Part shown: positions 1 to 11,722 of the stretch, in pieces
Numbering within the stretch: position 1 is the stretch's first letter
How the letters are laid out: each line of letters begins with the position of its first letter
NCBI RefSeq assembly: GCF_036365525.1
Contig: NC_090375.1
Coordinates: 114,398,257-114,462,256 of the forward strand
Direction: 5' to 3'
Source of the DNA: Heterodontus francisci
Lineage: Eukaryota
DNA: 64,000 nucleotides
Translations under genes and position numbers: made by a program
Notes under the pieces: generated by a model
Told to the model about the DNA's origin: nothing
The model's input: the letters and a program-made list of their open reading frames with translations, nothing else
Databases searched by the model: none

Positions 1-229
1 CACAATGCCATTGCCCCTTTGAGGACTGAAATCCGCAACCACGATGGGGCAGCTGTCTGTGCCTGGATGGCAACAGTCTGTGCTTGGACGGCAACAGTCT
101 AAGCCTGGATACAAGCAGCCATGACTGCCGTCTGAGCTACTAAAGCTGTCCAGAGTGCTTGCAACCTGAGCTGGGACAGTTGTTGAAACACTCCTTCGCA
201 ACAGACTATTTAGAGTCCACCTTGGACAA

Positions 230-740
230 GGGAGAAGTGCATGGAGAAGACTGGCCAATGGACTACCACAGGGTTCAGTGCTAGCCCCAATGTTGTTCAG
301 CATATATACAAATGACCTGCCAACAACCACGTTTCGCAAGTTCATCTATGCTGCTAACATCTGTTGTGCGACCCAAGCTCCACCCTGGACCAGATCCTTA
401 ACAAAGATGCTACAAAGTTGACAGACTACTGCAGCACACGACATCTCACATCGAATCCCTCTAAAACCATATCCAGTGTATTTAACCTCCACAATGCCAG
501 TGCCAAAAAGGAACATACTTGGGAGTGACTCTGGATAGGACTTTGTCCTTCTGGGAGCATCTGAAGAAAACAGGTCAAAACCAGAAACAACCTATTAACC
601 AAACTTGCTGGATCTACATGGGGCACTGCTGCCACAACACTCTGACCTTAGCACTTGCTTTATCATACTCAGCAGCAGAGTACTGTGCACTTGTTTCGCA
701 TAGGTCATCACATACACACCTTGTTGATACTTAATTGAAT
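230..740 (+). mobile_element. Decayed non-LTR retrotransposon RT fragment, probably Ingi/Vingi clade
   Basis: Translates GLPQGSVLAPMLFSIYTNDLP..RKFIYAANIC (YADD decayed to YAAN), then YLGVTLDRTLSF and ALALSYSAAEYCA..HTHLVDT, with frameshifts. Clade assigned from recalled motifs. Confidence 0.7.
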
Positions 741-3143
741 ACAGAGGACGCTGACAACACAGTGGAGGCCAGGGCAGATGCAACAGCCACTTATGGCCAC
801 ATTACAATCAGGAAAATGAGGTGGCTACACAAACTTTATGTTTCCAACTGGGTGGGCAGCTCACGAATTGTGGCCTCCTCACCCCATGCCAATAATTGGG
901 GACAGCAAATTTCTAGCTGCAAACGTTTGTGTTGTGGTTTCTGTGGATAAAGCAAACAGACGGGAGGTAAAATTCTCTCATAGGGAGGTAAACTTCTCTC
1001 ATAGGCCATTCTGGATCTGTTTAAGATCAGCAGTCTCCAGGGCTTTCTTTGTTCCTTCTAGAAAATGAATTTTTTTGGTTCACACTGAGACAGACTGGCA
1101 GAGTTGCATGGAAAATATTCTTAGAATTGGCTTCAGGCTTCAGTAATTTCACAGGTCATGGTCATCGCCACATCCCCTTCATCCTGTGCGTTAATCAGTA
1201 GGCACACTATATTGGAACTGACCTTGCTGCATACAGTGTTCTTTACTTCTCTGAAGGAGCTGGCACACAGCTGGAAGGCGTCCTGCCTGGGTTCTGGGAG
1301 ACCAAGTGTTCAGAAATGGAGACTTTAGTTAATTTTGCCAAGGGACTGGAGGTAGATGAGCAGCACCAAAAACTTGATTAACATCTTCTGGAATTCAGTT
1401 TATTTGGGTGAACATAATAAAGGACAGAACAAGTTTATTTTACCTTCTTGTTAGAAAAAACTATGTTTCTTGGCATTTTGTGGGGTGCTCAGGGGATGCA
1501 GGGTAACTGCTCCTGCTCTTCCCAGTAAGTTCGTTATCCTCTTGGTTGGCAGGCACTCAGTCGGGCTGATTTGCGTTAAGTGCAGCCCGCAATGGACAAA
1601 CCAATATTGGAGAAGGCTCTTCAAGCAGGCAATAGGTCCCTATTTGCATGTGTAAAGTGTCTTAACACCTGCTTCAAAGTAGCAGTTAGTCCTGGAGTAG
1701 TGGCAGCAACACCCCAATGGCAGTTAATAAGAGAGGGTGCCCTATAAACTCACCTGAAGGTTTCAATCCCATCTGAGGCAATCAGTAAAATCATTTTTAT
1801 CGTCTTCAGGGCAGTTCAGCTAATTTGGGAAACACGACACAACCTATGTCAAATGCACCTGCTTCTGATTTAGCTGTGGCAGGAGTCCAAGTAACCCATT
1901 CTTGAGAGGTGGGTCCGTGATTATGATATGGAAATGAGGCTCCATTCCTGATATTTTGGCAGCCTTTTGAATTTATCACGAGTTGGGCGGATTTCCCAGG
2001 GCTCAGGAAACTGGCAGCTAAAGGGAGGTGTGAGCAACCGGATACAGCAGCTAATGCGTGTTTGCCAGGCACAGCAGGAGTGCTGCCTCCAGCCCCAGCA
2101 CATCAAACAAATCTTCTGCCACAATGAACTAACCATACCCTCAAACCACAAGGTCTCCCAGTCACCCCCCCCCCCCCCCACTTCCCGACTGCAGGTCCGA
2201 CTCCCCCACCCCGCCCCCCCTCTCCACCACCCCATGATGTTTCCCAGTTGCCGATGACCATCTCCAAAGGTCCTGTCTACAGCTGGTTTTCCTGCCCGGC
2301 AGCTGGCCAGCCTGTTAATCTGGCCAGCTGGCAGGCAGGACTGGAGTAAAACAATGATAACGTGGTCCTGCTATTAAATTTGGCAGGACATTCGAGCGCC
2401 CAAACATTTCCAGGCTTCCTGCCTCACCCCCGTCACCCACAAGCAGATGCCCCTGCTCCTTCTTGTAACTATCAGGGCCAATGATTCTGAAAGGCATGGC
2501 TTTATTGCCACCAATTGTTGGAAAAGTGCAACTGCATCATACACATCACTACCATTTATGATAAACATTGGCTGGGACACAGAAATCTCCTTGTTGCTTC
2601 AAAGCTGGAATACTGTTTAAAAACTGACTCTGTTTAACCATTGCTTATCAATGTTTCTCATTCACATCCTGCTGCCACGTTTTAGCTTTTAAAAACATTC
2701 TAGTTAGAGACCATTTTGTATGGACAATCAGCACATGTTTGACCCCAATAACATAACGAATGAGGATTTCTGCCTGCAGTGCACTGACTACATCTGTGAC
2801 GGTACCAATGCTGAGGGAAAAAAGCCCATCTTAATAGTAGCTTTGATTAAATAAGTTCTTCAGAGATGCCAACATTGAAAACATCAAAATATTGATATTA
2901 TTATATGATCATTATCATTACCTGGCAACAGCCCATTGATTGGGGGAGGAGGGGGGTTACTTTTTTTTCTCATAGATCATTCCTTTTCTTAGACCTTCTT
3001 ACTTTCCTTAAAACTTCCTTAATTCTCACACATTTTCTTTAAAAAAAAAATTGTACCAAAGCAGTGACCTTTTTGTTCTTCTCTTCTCAGTGCAGACTCT
3101 GATGGTTTTCTGGAATTATATTCCCCTTACCAAACAAAAACAA

Positions 3144-3293
3144 AATTTATTTATTTTATTTAGAGATACAGCATTGAAACATGCCCTTCGGCCCACCGAG
3201 TCTGTGCCGACCATCAACCACCCATTTATACTAATCCTACATTAATCCCATATTCCTAACACATCCCCACCTTCCCTCAATTCCCCTACCACC
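3144..3293 (-). mobile_element. 3' fragment of HE1-like V-SINE
   Basis: Reverse complement of the 3' half of the SINEs at 9765 and 33009 (ggtcggcacagactcggtgggccgaaggg...gtatctct). Confidence 0.8.
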
Positions 3294-3833
3294 TTGAGCA
3301 ATTTAATCAACAAAAATCTAATCTAATTGCTAAAAGAAATCCTGGATGTAGCCTTAGTTCTTCTTCTGAATGAGTACCTTACTCTCTTAAATTATACATA
3401 AGTGGATGAAATGATTGTATATTTTGCTAAAAAAAATGAAACTCTAGTTTTATTATTGGTGATTTGGGCAAGTTATTATTCTATTTTCTATTTGTCTGCA
3501 CTGTATGATTGAATGCATGGAAGATACTAAAACCTTTCTATCCCCAGGATGGCATAGATGGAGGTAATTCAGCCCCTGTTTTTCAATCACACCCTGGTGC
3601 CACATTTTAGCTTTTTAAAACATTCCAGTTAGGAACAACTTGGAATGAACATGTTGTGTGGGCAATCTCCACATGAAGTTTTATCCCAAAAACATTTCAT
3701 GCATAGACCCATTTATTGAACATTATCGCAAATAGTAAATAATGTGCATTTATATATTGCCTTATTACCTCGTAGGAATGTCCAAAAGGGTTTTTCAACC
3801 AATGAATTACTTTTGAAGCACAGTCACTGTTAA

Positions 3834-4150
3834 TACATTCGCGCCCGGGTGTCCCTGGAGATGGAGTATGCAGTGTCCGCCGGTTCGCATGAGGCCTTCC
3901 ACAACCGGTGAGCGCCAAAGGGGCTGGAGTGCATCATAGATGCAGGCAATGCTATTTTAATTTGAGTATTTGTTTTATTTATTTCAATTTTAATAATGTT
4001 ATTTTATAAAATGTATATAAAGGGGGCCTGAGGAATAAAGGCCCCCTCAACAAAAATAAATAAAAGGGATCGGGGTATAAAGGCCACCTTAAAAAAAAAC
4101 AGGGTTAGACACAGAAAAGTAAAGCTCCCCCTAAAAAAAAGTTAGAAAAA
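3834..4150 (+). mobile_element. 5'-truncated L1/Tx1-type LINE 3' end with 12-bp TSD
   Basis: Flanked by agtcactgttaa at 3822-3833 and 4151-4162. A-rich tail. Translates YIRARVSLEMEYAVSAG..R*APKGLECIIDAGNAILI*, resembling Tx1 ORF2 C-termini. Confidence 0.7.
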
Positions 4151-4719
4151 AGTCACTGTTAAATAAGAAAATGTAACAGCCAATATGTGCATGGTAAAGT
4201 CCCACAAACATTAGTGAGCAGTTAATCTGTTTCTGGTGGTGTTAGTTGAGATATTAACCAGGATACTGGAAGAGCTCTTTTCAAATAGTACTATAGACCT
4301 ATTTAACTGTGCTCAGAGCAATACTATACAAATCAAAAAGACTTTATAATATAATTTATAATCCCCGTCCAAAAGCACTTATTTCTATACAAAATCCGGT
4401 AGTGATCGTTTAACCTTGCAGTTTAAAATCTGTTAAAGAAGGTACTCATTTCCTGTCAGTGCAATCTGGCTAGTTATTTGTGTGCGTGTCTCAGCGTGTG
4501 CCCAATGGAAGACGATCACTTTTGAGGAGGTCATATTGAAGATGAAAAGTCAATGCTGCAGTGAGTCAGGCCAGGACTCCAGGCTCAGTTAGGAGGCTGT
4601 ACAACTGATGCTGCGATCTCTTTCTTTCACTCAACTATGGGACTTGACAATGCAAGGTTTAAGCAGATGATGGGTTAGAGTAAAGGCCAACAGTCGGTAT
4701 CTCTGCTTTTCGGTTGGTG

Positions 4720-4820
4720 ACCCTGATTGGTCAGTTGGGGAGGGAGGAGGAAGTAGCGTAGCGGAAGTGATCGTTTAACCTTGCAGGCCTCACCTCGTGT
4801 TGTGGGTGAAGATGGCGACA
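4720..4820 (+). promoter_or_regulatory. Putative RRS1 core promoter (inverted CCAAT box, ETS/GABP-type site, YY1-like motif over the ATG)
   Basis: ctgATTGGtcag at 4723-4734; GCGGAAGTG at 4761-4769; AAGATGGCG at 4809-4817; start of a CpG-rich stretch running into the CDS. Confidence 0.55.
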
Positions 4821-5810
4821 CGGATTGAGGATGTGTTGGCTGAAGCGGAGAGGTCCGGTGGGACCGTGCGGTCTATTCATGTGGAGAAGCAGCTGGAGCT
4901 CCAGTTGGATCTGGGCAATCTGGCGGCGCTGGACACAAACCCTCTGAACGGTCTCCAGTTCCGACAGGACCCTGAGGAGTTCCTGCGTTCGCTGGCCCGC
5001 GACAACACGCAGCTGCTGCTCAACGCCGTCTGGCAGCTGCCCAGTGAGCGGCTACAGGAGGGCATCGTGGCCAAACTACCCCAGCCCACCACACTGATCC
5101 CCCGCGAAAAAGCGCTGCCCAAACCCCGGCGGCCCACCCGCTGGGAAGAATTCGCCAAACTCAAGGGGATCCAGCAGAAAAAGAAAAGCAACTTGGTCTG
5201 GGACAAGGAGAAGAAGGAATGGCGGCGTCGCTGGGGCTACAAGAGAGCCAACGATGAGACCAAAGAGTGGGTTATTGAAGTGCCCGAGAACGCAGATCCC
5301 AATGAGGATCAGTTTGCAAAACGTGTTACAGCCAAAAAAGAAAGGGTGGCGAAGAACGAGCTGAATAGGCTGCGCAATATCGCCAGAGCTCAGAAGAATA
5401 AAGTGCCAGGCATGGGACTCGTCCCCACCGGTCAGCCAAGCAAGGCTGAGCTAAGTAAAGCCATTCATGTGGCTAAGACCTCCACAGCTTCAGTTGGCAA
5501 ATTTCAGGATAAGTTACCTAAAGAAAAAGAGCAGAGGAATGTTGGCAAGAAGAGGAAATTCCAGCCACTGATCGGAGATTTTTCAGCTGAGAAGCAGAAA
5601 CAGCTAGAACTTTTAAAAATTATGTCCAGCAAGAAACCAAAACTGGACCTCACAAAAGCTGTAAATAGGCAACTTCGTGAAGATGATCAGGAGCAGGCGG
5701 CAAAGCGAAAGAAAATGTCAAAAGGCAGGAAAGGAGGAAAAAGTAATCGAAAGGGAGGGAAAGGACAGGATCGGAAATCAGCTATGAAACAGCGAGGAAA
5801 GAGAAAATGA
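4812..5810 (+). CDS. RRS1: Ribosome biogenesis regulatory protein RRS1, single exon, 332 aa
   Basis: Intact ORF with RRS1 motifs LARDNTQLLLNAVWQLP, PREKALPKPRRPTRWEEFAKLKGIQQKKKSNLVWD, WRRRWGYKRAND, STASVGKFQDKL and a K/R-rich C-terminus. ATG 4812 has strong Kozak context (A at -3, G at +4). Lies upstream of ADHFE1, as in mammals. Confidence 0.97.
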   Translation: MATRIEDVLAEAERSGGTVRSIHVEKQLELQLDLGNLAALDTNPLNGLQFRQDPEEFLRSLARDNTQLLLNAVWQLPSERLQEGIVAKLPQPTTLIPREKALPKPRRPTRWEEFAKLKGIQQKKKSNLVWDKEKKEWRRRWGYKRANDETKEWVIEVPENADPNEDQFAKRVTAKKERVAKNELNRLRNIARAQKNKVPGMGLVPTGQPSKAELSKAIHVAKTSTASVGKFQDKLPKEKEQRNVGKKRKFQPLIGDFSAEKQKQLELLKIMSSKKPKLDLTKAVNRQLREDDQEQAAKRKKMSKGRKGGKSNRKGGKGQDRKSAMKQRGKRK

Positions 5811-5926
5811 ACCATTGAGAACTGTTGTTTAAATATTGTACTTCTGACTTCAACGAACATTCTATTTTTGAGAGGAGGTATCTGGTCCGCAATATGGTCT
5901 GATAGCTTTGTTTTTCATGAACTTAA

Positions 5927-5932
5927 AATAAA
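5927..5932 (+). terminator. Probable RRS1 polyadenylation signal
   Basis: AATAAA about 116 nt after the stop codon, followed by GT/T-rich sequence. Confidence 0.55.
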
Positions 5933-6165
5933 CTAAACGATGTTGTATTTCATGTGGTATATGTATCTATAACTATATGTTAGTGGAAAATTATAGTTTT
6001 TGCAAGAGATGACTTGCATTTGTACCCACAGCCAGTCTTTTGAGTGGTTCAAGGCTCGTTACTGTAACCTTATATGTAGTTGGTTGCTACCAAAAGGAGG
6101 GCCACATTTAAATCACTTTACCTTGTGGGGCATTCAGTTACAGTAACCAACAACTCTAAAGATTG

Positions 6166-6365
6166 AAAGTGCTGGAAATATACAGCAGGTCTGGCAGCAT
6201 CAGTGGAGAAAATGTTAACGTTTCAGGTCTGTGACGTTTCATCCAGTTCCAACGAAAGATCACAGACCTGAAACGTTAGCACCTGTGGAGAGAAAAAGAG
6301 TTGTCAGACCTGTGTATTTCTGCTTTTATTTTGGGTTTCCAGCATCTATTATTTTGCTTTTGTTT
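6166..6365. mobile_element. Short palindromic non-autonomous Penelope-derived element
   Basis: Inverted arms gttaacgtttcaggtc / gacctgaaacgttag match the ends of the 52636-55091 element. Flanked by ctctaaagattg (6154-6165) and ctcttaagattg (6366-6377). Confidence 0.7.
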
Positions 6366-9311
6366 CTCTTAAGATTGTTTCAAAGGCAAACAATGAGTAT
6401 GTAAAGCAAGAGGGCAGCATCACTTTCCATGTGAATTGGCAGCTCTGTTGATAGGGAGAAGTTATTTATCTTTGGGATAGTTTGTATATATGTTGTATAA
6501 AAACCTTGTTAATTTAAAAAAATACTCATAATTCTAAACTTGAAAGGACTATGTGGATTAGGAGCGTCAGCTTAAATTTTGTGCTTACGTTTCTGGAGTG
6601 GACTTTGAGCCCACAATTTGAGGTGGGAGTGCTAGCCACTGAGCCCTGACTGACCACTCAGCCCAACTATTTTGAGTCTACTTCCTGGAAATCCACTCCT
6701 ATGTTACTGACCAGGATTACTATCTCAGACAAATAGAAAGAAAGAACTTGTGATTCTATAGTGCCTCATTACATCATCAGGACATCATAGCCAATATGTT
6801 TAATTAAGAAATTGCCTTCACTAGCATTAGCTGTTAACATTGTACTTTAAAATGACGAGTACAAAATGACCATAATTCAGCACCACATTTACCACTTTCT
6901 TGTCCTCTTCTATTTACTTTGACTCTTCACCTACATTTCTTAATTTTGCTTACCAAGCCATAGTCCTACCTCATTTACTGTTTGTGCGATTTTTGTTCTA
7001 CGCAATTGCCTACACGGGTTACTATAAAAATAATAAATCGGCTGTGATGCTCTGAGGATTTCAGTCTTCAAGGGAAAAGAGGAAAAGTGTTGAAATTACT
7101 TCCGTTTTCAGTTCAGTTATTCATGAATTGTGTGCCTTTGCAGGTCACCAAAGAATAAGTACAGAAAGAATTCTACACTCTGAAGTGAAATATTCTGTTT
7201 GAAGCATTAAAAGTTATGATTTTTCATAAGTTGCATCATATGGAAAATGAAGAGCTGTATTTGTATAATACTTTCAAAACAGCATGCTGTTTACAAGACA
7301 TTAGGGGGGAGGTAGAGTTGTCCATCTAAGAGCAATAAGAATGATTCCATTTTTTCCAAGATGCATTACAGATAAAATAAGAAGCTGGTTGGAGAGAGAC
7401 TGGAGGAGGTGGCTGAAGACTAGGTTGAAAAGTTGGATTTGAGATGCTAGAGGACTGTGAAATAGAGGCAGAGGGGATTCGAGTCATTACAGCACAGGAG
7501 GAGGCCATTCGCCCCATCAAGTGCATGCAGGCTCTCTACAGTAATCTAGTCAGTCCCATTCACCCGCTCTATCCCCAATAGAGTCATAGAATAGAGTAGA
7601 AAGGGAGTTCCATAGAGTAGGACTGCGGCAATTGAAAGCTGTGCCAGTGATGGGGCAGATTAGGGGAATGCACAGAAGGCAACAGTCAGAGGATTAAAGG
7701 GTGGTGGCGGGGCTGTACGGTTTTAGGAGGTTGCAAAGCTAGGGAGGAATGAGGTTATAGAGCGTTTTGAAGACGAGGACAGTGTTCCAGATCTTGGAGT
7801 CAGCGGCAACATGACAGCTCTTGCTGCTGACCTTGAAAGCTGCCCACAAAGATCTTGTGATCTCTGTGGTGTGGATTCTCCCTTTCCCAATGTTAAGTTG
7901 AATCTGGGGCCAGGTCAGTGATTTCGATGTGTCTAGCAACAGTGATGACATCATGCAGGGAAGCAACCAATCACATTGAAGACAGTTAAAAGCGTAGTTT
8001 ATTCACTTTCTGATATTTTAGAGAGCGAAATAAAGATTGGGACATGCACATGGGATTGAGGTAGAAGCTGAAATATAAACACTTTTTTTAAAAAAAAAAA
8101 AGCATGGATTTCTGCATTTTAGTTGCACATGTGCAGATTACAGAACTGCTGTCGGACTTGAGTAATGATGGTGACGCTGAAAATTTCACTGCTATTACTC
8201 TTGTAAAATCTGGGTCCAAGCATTTTGAGCTAGATGCCTTTTGAGGGCAGCAAGGATGGGGATAATGGACAAATGAGAGTGTAAGACAGAATGCAGGCAG
8301 CTACACTAGACAAATTAGTGTTTTTCCAAGATGGTTAATGGAAGAACTGTAAAGACAGCATTAAAGTCTGCAGATAGGAAAAATGTGGATAGGGATTTTA
8401 GTGTTGGGGAGGCCTACAGAGACAGGCAATGCTGCAAAGGTGGAAGTATGTGGTCTTGGTGATGGACAACATGTGGGATATAATACGCATTTGATATCAG
8501 TTGTCTGTAGGCGGTGTATAGCTCAGAGAGAGTACACTTTGTCAATGTACTATTATTACAAAGAACAGCCAATGCTGCCTTTGAACCAGCTGTCAAAACG
8601 TATGTTGGGTGGGGGGGTTGGCAGGAAGAGGAATTGCCCTTTTCTCTCTTTGTGCTCTGTCCAATAGTAACGTTGACATGATTATTCCCCTCTTCACTGT
8701 TTAGTTGTGTACTTTCTATATGATCTTTTCTAATACACGTTACACCCCAATATCCTACCTGAAATTATTAGTAATCCTATAATCCATTCATACCCTGTAA
8801 CTATAGCCAGGTTTCCACTGCACCAAGTGCGGTCAGGCTCCGAACTTATGTCACTTAACAGGCCACAACTGTCTCCTGATCTTTTAGACTCTTGTTCTGT
8901 GTGAAGGTGACAACTCTGAATTGGGAACTTCTGTCACAGCTGATATGTACTTGGACTTCACATATCAAAACCGGCTCACACAACCTGACCTTAACCAAGC
9001 CAAGAGATTGCACAAATGGCACCGGGTTGTTTTGGGGCACTTCTCTCAGGGCACATTGTCCTAAACTCAGCTAAGCACCAACATTACTAAACCACTCCTT
9101 GTGTACGGGCTCAGTGAAGGAGAGCTTTTGTAGAATGATAGAAATTACAGCACAGAAGGAGGATATTCATCCCCCAGTGCTGGGGCTGTTTCCTGGAACC
9201 CCATTCCCCTCTTTTTATACTTTCCAGTTCAAAAACCCTCCTTCTCTCTGTTCCCTTGGTTCTTCCAGTGAGAGTCGTTAGTTTCAATCCTCTTGTTCCT
9301 CATTTGCTCGC

Positions 9312-9764
9312 CAGTGTCAACTGTGGTTCAGTTGGTAGCATTCTCTTCTCTGATTCAGAAGTTTGTGGGTTCAAGTCCCAATGCAGGGCTTGAGCACACC
9401 AATCTAAGCTAACACTCCAGTGCAGTACTGAGGGAGTGCTGCATTGTCAGATTTGCTACTTTTCAGATGAGATGTTAAAACCAAGGCCCTGTCTGTGCGC
9501 TCTCAGGTCGACGTAAAAGATCCCGTGGCACTATTTCAAAGAAGAGCAGGGGAGTTAACCTGGCCAATATTTATCTCGCAAATCAACATCACAAAACAGA
9601 ACATTTGGTCATTATTATACATTACATTATTACACTACATGGCTGTTTGTGGGAGTTTGCTACCATATTACCTACAATACAACAGTAATTACACTTCAAA
9701 GAAAGTACTGCATTGGCTGTAAAGCACTTTGGGACATCAGGTGGTCATGAAAGGCGCTATATAA
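9312..9764 (+). mobile_element. tRNA-headed Deu-domain SINE (SacSINE1/AmnSINE-like)
   Basis: A/B boxes (tggttcagttggtagc; ggttcaagtccc), then the Deu-like core gatgagatgttaaaacc...gtaaaagatcccgtggcactatttcaaagaagagcagggg. Its last bases (atgcaag) resume at 10109. Confidence 0.75.
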
Positions 9765-10108
9765 GGTGGTCATTGGCGGCGCAGTGATTAGCACCGCAGC
9801 CTCACAACTCCAGTGACTCGGGTTTGGTTCTGGGTACTGCCTGTGCAGAGTTTGCAAGTTCTCCCTGTGACCGCGTGGGTTGCGCCGGGTGTTCCGGTTT
9901 CCTCCCACAGCCAAAGACTTGCAGGTTGATAGGTAAATTGGCCATTGTAAATTGCCCCTAGTGTAGGTAGGTGGTAGGAGAATGGTGCGGATGTGGTAGG
10001 GAATATGGAATTAATGTAGGATTAGTATAAATGGGTGGTTGTTGGTCGGCACAGACTCGGTGGGCCGAAGGGCCTGTTTCAGTACTGTATCTCTCCATGA
10101 CTCTATGA
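9765..10108 (+). mobile_element. HE1-like V-SINE nested in the 3' end of the Deu-SINE
   Basis: tRNA-like head, V-domain-like gagtttgcaagttctccctgtg...ccggtttcctcccaca, and CR1-type tail gggccgaagggcctgtttc. Similar along its length to the copy at 33009. Confidence 0.85.
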
Positions 10109-10455
10109 ATGCAAGTTTTTTTCCAGTGGAAACAATCTTAGTATTTACCCATTACTTTGCCTTCATCTGCCCGTGATCTATGTTCTGGAATCTATCCCCG
10201 AACCCTACTGCCTCTCTATCTCCCTCTCCCTTTAAAACCCACCTTAAAACGCACTTATTGGTCATGTCACCCAATATCCACGTCTTTGACTTGCCATCCA
10301 GTTTTTTCTTACACCTTTCATCAAAACAGGACAAAGTTAGAGATGTAAAAAGTTTCAAGCAAGTATACAGGCAGAGAAAGGGGAGAAAAAGAATAACAGA
10401 CTTGGATTTATATAGGGCTTTTCATGACCAGCAAAAAGTGCGTAACACCCAATGA

Positions 10456-10492
10456 GGTTCTGATGAAAGGTTATCAACCTGAAATGTTAGCT
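10456..10492 (+). ncRNA. Putative minimal hammerhead ribozyme in a Penelope-end fragment (10455-10550)
   Basis: CTGATGA (10460-66), extra A, AGGTT/atc/AACCT stem II, GAAA (10481-84), tgtt. Stem I is weak. Activity untested. Confidence 0.45.
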
Positions 10493-10684
10493 CTGTTTCT
10501 CCACAGATGCGGTTTGACCTGCTGGGTATTACCCCCATTTTCGGTTTTATTACAACCGATGAAGTACTTTTGCTCCCTATATCTCATGATTCCCTGGGAG
10601 ACCAAAATTCTGTCTATCCCAGACACAAATATATTCAACGATGTAACACCCACTATCCTCTAGGGTAGAGAATTCCAAAGATTC

Positions 10685-11722
10685 CAAAGTACGGAAAGTC
10701 CTCATCAGGGAACTCCTCTTTGCTGACGATGCTGCTTTAACATCTCACACTGAAGAGTGCCTGCAGAGTCTCATCGACAGGTTTGCAGCTGCCTGCAATG
10801 AATTTGGCCTAACCATCAACCTCAAGAAAACGAACATCATGGGGCAGGACGTCAGAAATGCTCCATCCATCAATATTGGCGACCACGCTCTGGAAGTGGT
10901 TCAAGAGTTCACCTACCTAGGCTCAACTATCACCAGTAACCTGTCTCTAGATGCAGAAATCAGCAAGCGCATGGGAAAGGCTTCCACTGCTATGTCCATA
11001 CTGGCCAAGAGAGTGTGGGAAAATGGCGCACTGACACGGAACACAAAAGTCTGAGTGTATCAGGCCTGTGTCCTCAGTACCTTGCTCTATGACAGCGAGG
11101 CCTGGACAACGTATGTCAGCCAAGAGCGACGTCTCAATTCATTCCATTTTCGCTGCCTCCGGAGAATACTTGGCATCAGGTGGCAGGACCGTATCTCCAA
11201 CACAGAAGTCCTCGAGGCGGCCAACATCCCCAGCTTGTACACACTACTGAGTCAGCGGCGCTTGAGATGGCTTGGCCATGTGAGCCGCATAGAAGATGGC
11301 AGGATCCCCAAAGACGCATTGTACAGCGAGCTCGCCACTGGTATCAGACCCACCGGCCGTCCATGTCTCCGCTATAAAGACGTCTGCAAACGCGACATGA
11401 AATCCTGTGACATTGATCACAAGTCGTGGGAGTCAGTTGCCAGCGTTTGCCAGAGCTGGCGGGCAGCCATAAAGACGGGGCTAAAATGTGGCAAGTCGAA
11501 GAGACTTAGTAGTTGGCAGGAAAAAAGACAGAGGCGCAAGGGGAGAGCCAACTGTGCAACAGCCCCGACAAACAAATTTCTCTGCAGCACCTGTGGAAAA
11601 GCCTGTCACTCTAGAATTGGCCTTTATAGCCACTCCAGGCTCTACTTCACAAACCACTGACCACCTCCAGGCGCTTACCCATTGTCTCTCGAGATAAGGA
11701 GGCCCAAAAGAAGAAAAAAGAA
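10685..11722 (+). mobile_element. 5'-truncated RTE-clade LINE with 18-bp TSD, inserted into a CR1 fragment
   Basis: RELLFADDAAL, FTYLGSTI, LRRILGIRWQDRISNTEVL and a C-terminal CxxC..H finger; premature TGA at 11052-54; A-rich tail. TSD agagaattccaaagattc at 10667-10684 and 11723-11740. Confidence 0.9.

Noticed and set aside
4797-4811. GTG-initiated 5-aa extension of RRS1 in the ORF track
   Set aside because: Eukaryotic locus; ATG 4812 has strong Kozak context and fits the expected N-terminus.
4877-5206. 109-aa antisense ORF over RRS1
   Set aside because: Shadow frame of a GC-rich coding region; no recognisable motifs.
7784-8216. Possible MITE with ccagat..t / aaaatctgg ends
   Set aside because: TIR match too degenerate and no TSD; cannot be supported without a repeat search.
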